From positions 61,351 through 125,350 of the forward strand of contig QOQW01000013.1 in assembly GCA_003327425.1 (NCBI GenBank): DNA of 64,000 nt. The letters run 5' to 3'. The position numbers and the translations under genes were made by a program. This document shows, piece by piece, positions 62,204-64,000 of this stretch. Positions within the stretch are counted from its first letter, which is position 1. The number at the start of each line of letters is the position of its first letter. Under the pieces are notes generated by a model, which ran no database searches, was not told the DNA's origin, and saw only the letters and a program-made list of their open reading frames with translations. Origin of the DNA: Candidatus Ozemobacter sibiricus (lineage in GTDB: Bacteria > Muiribacteriota > Ozemobacteria > Ozemobacterales > Ozemobacteraceae).

Positions 62204-64000
62204 TCAAGGGGTCAGGAAGAAGCGCAGGCCTGAGGTTCTGGTCACACCATTCGAAGTGGTGGCCTTGATCTGGAAGAAGTAGGTGGTCGCCGAGGGCAGC
62301 GGGGCCCCATCGAGGAACAGGGTGACGGTGTGCGAGGACGTGCCAGGGGCGCCGACGCCAGGCACGTTGTCTTCCGCGATGCCTGCGTTGGTGGGCGGAT
62401 TGGTACGGCCATGGGCGATCTCGCAGGTCGCCGGCACCGAGGTCTCCCACAGCAATGACGCCTGGGTGGCGGTGACGGCGAGCAACTGCACGTTCTGGAT
62501 GAGCAGGAGAGCCGGCGTGGTGAAGCTGTAGTTGCCCGAGATCACCTCGTTGCCAGCCGCATCCTTCGAGCGCACGCGGAACTGGTAGGTAGTGAGAGGC
62601 GTCAGACCGTCGATGACCAACCGATGACTCGTGGTCAGGGCATCGGTGATCTGCATGACGCTGCCATAGGCGGTGGTCTTGCCGTACTCGATCCGCGAGG
62701 TGGCGGGCTCGTCGGTCGTCCATTCGATCGTGGCCGATTCTTCCAGGATGGTGGTGGCCGCCGGCGCCACCGTGATCACCGGCGGCGTGCGATCGAGCGT
62801 CTTGAAGGTGTACACCCCCGCCTGCGCGGTGTTGCCCGAGGCATCGGTCGACACCACCTTGAAGTAGTAGGTCTGATTGCCGGTCAGGAACGACAAGGCC
62901 AGCGCGTGGTCGCGGGTCAACTGGCCGCGGCTGACCGTCGTGCCCAGCGCCATGGTGGTGCCGTATTCCACGACGGTATCAGACAACTCGTCGGTGCGCC
63001 AGACGATGGTCGCGGCGTTCTCGGCGATAGACGTGACGGTCACCCCGCTGATCAGCGGCGGCAACGTGTCGAGGCTGGTGAAGGTATAATCGCGGGTCAG
63101 CGCGACATTGCCGGCCAGATCGGTGGCCCGCAGCCGGAACTTGTAGGTGGTGCCCGGCACGAGGCCATCGAGCAGCACGGTATGCGAGGTGCCCGTAGGT
63201 GCGGGCAGCAGGGGTCGGGTGGTCCCGTAGGCGGTGGTCAGGCCGTAATCGACCTGCGGCACCGCCGGCTCATCGGTGGTGAAGGTGATGGTGGCCACGG
63301 TGCCGGCCACCGCCACGACCGCGACGTTCGAGATGACCGGCGGCGTGCGATCGAGCGTCGAGAAGACGCCGATCGCGCTGGTCGAGGCGTTGTTGAACCG
63401 GTCTTTCGACTGGGCATAGAAGGAATACGTCGTGCTGGCCGACAAGCCGACCAGCGTCACCGAATGGGTGCGACCGAGCACGGTTCCCAGCGGGGTCGAC
63501 TGGACCGGGTTGGAGCCCGTCCAGTAGAAGACCTGGCGATCGGCGTTCTCATCGGTCTTCCAGATGACGGTGGCGGTGGTCGTCCCGATGCCGATGACCT
63601 GCACTTCGGTGATGACCGGACCAGTGGTATCCTGCGTCGTGAAGGTCTCGACGGGGGAAACGCTCTCCAGGCCGGTGTCGGGGTGACGCGACCGCACCCG
63701 GTACTGATAGGCGGTCCCGCCCAGCAGGTTGGTGAGCGCCACCGCATGGGTGGTCGTGGCCGCGGTGCTGAGCGGGGTCTGGATGCCCAACAGACTGGTG
63801 GTGCCATACTCGACCTGCGAGGTGCAGGCCACATCGGTCAGCCAGTAGATGGTCGCCGAGGTGTCGGTCTGATTCACCGCACGCACCGAGGAGATGACCG
63901 GCGCCGGAACGCCGGGGGTCTGGAAGATCCGCTCGGTGGAGGTCGCTTCCCGCCCCTGGGCGTCGGTCGAGCGCGCGATGTAGTAGTAGGTGCGCCCGCC
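62204..64000 (-). CDS. fibronectin type III-like repeat protein (at least 6 tandem ~95-aa repeats); 5' end outside window
   Basis: The repeat consensus is PPVI..V.V..I....A.I.W.TDE......V(E)YG.T...G.........H.V.L.GL...T.Y.F.V.S.D..GN......Y.F.T.D. The frame stays open upstream of the GTG at 63886 to the window end (…GGRTYYYIARSTDAQGREATSTERIFQTPGVPAPVISSVRAVNQ). Confidence 0.7.
   Translation of the reverse strand, partial: GGRTYYYIARSTDAQGREATSTERIFQTPGVPAPVISSVRAVNQTDTSATIYWLTDVACTSQVEYGTTSLLGIQTPLSTAATTTHAVALTNLLGGTAYQYRVRSRHPDTGLESVSPVETFTTQDTTGPVITEVQVIGIGTTTATVIWKTDENADRQVFYWTGSNPVQSTPLGTVLGRTHSVTLVGLSASTTYSFYAQSKDRFNNASTSAIGVFSTLDRTPPVISNVAVVAVAGTVATITFTTDEPAVPQVDYGLTTAYGTTRPLLPAPTGTSHTVLLDGLVPGTTYKFRLRATDLAGNVALTRDYTFTSLDTLPPLISGVTVTSIAENAATIVWRTDELSDTVVEYGTTMALGTTVSRGQLTRDHALALSFLTGNQTYYFKVVSTDASGNTAQAGVYTFKTLDRTPPVITVAPAATTILEESATIEWTTDEPATSRIEYGKTTAYGSVMQITDALTTSHRLVIDGLTPLTTYQFRVRSKDAAGNEVISGNYSFTTPALLLIQNVQLLAVTATQASLLWETSVPATCEIAHGRTNPPTNAGIAEDNVPGVGAPGTSSHTVTLFLDGAPLPSATTYFFQIKATTSNGVTRTSGLRFFLTP

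Overview
This is a high-GC (~70% by eye) bacterial chromosomal segment, and I recognised no rRNA, tRNA, CRISPR array, integrase or IS element in it. The window is dominated by a ~28-kb minus-strand gene block (3530..31781). It encodes a 5201-aa and a 3453-aa multidomain cell-surface protein with a secreted TPR protein between them. The three genes are chained by 4-nt ATGA start/stop overlaps. Directly upstream on the same strand sit a Cys-rich 4Fe-4S protein and three translationally coupled genes with prepilin-type (pseudopilin-like) N-termini.

The flanking genes are a TPR membrane-protein fragment, a PHP phosphoesterase, a VOC-fold protein, a TPM-domain pair, an NAD-dependent epimerase, and two tandem sensor-HAMP-PP2C phosphatase modules. 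These two modules are fused in one frame with no stop between them, and there is a -1 frame break in a GGGG run at ~44620. There is also a patch of lower-GC genes for small secreted proteins, a secreted protein with a papain/C39-like C-terminal domain, and a saccharopine-dehydrogenase-family enzyme. The remaining flanking genes are a W/Q/E/R-repeat secreted protein, a markedly low-GC (~45%) single-gene island (892-aa secreted protein with a Bacteroidota-style signal peptide), a hybrid sensor kinase, and an fn3-repeat protein that runs off the window.

Most long plus-strand ORFs opposite the giant genes are Arg/Gly/Pro-rich antisense artefacts of high GC. I did no database searches; all domain calls are from motif recognition by eye, and ranges inside the giant genes are approximate.
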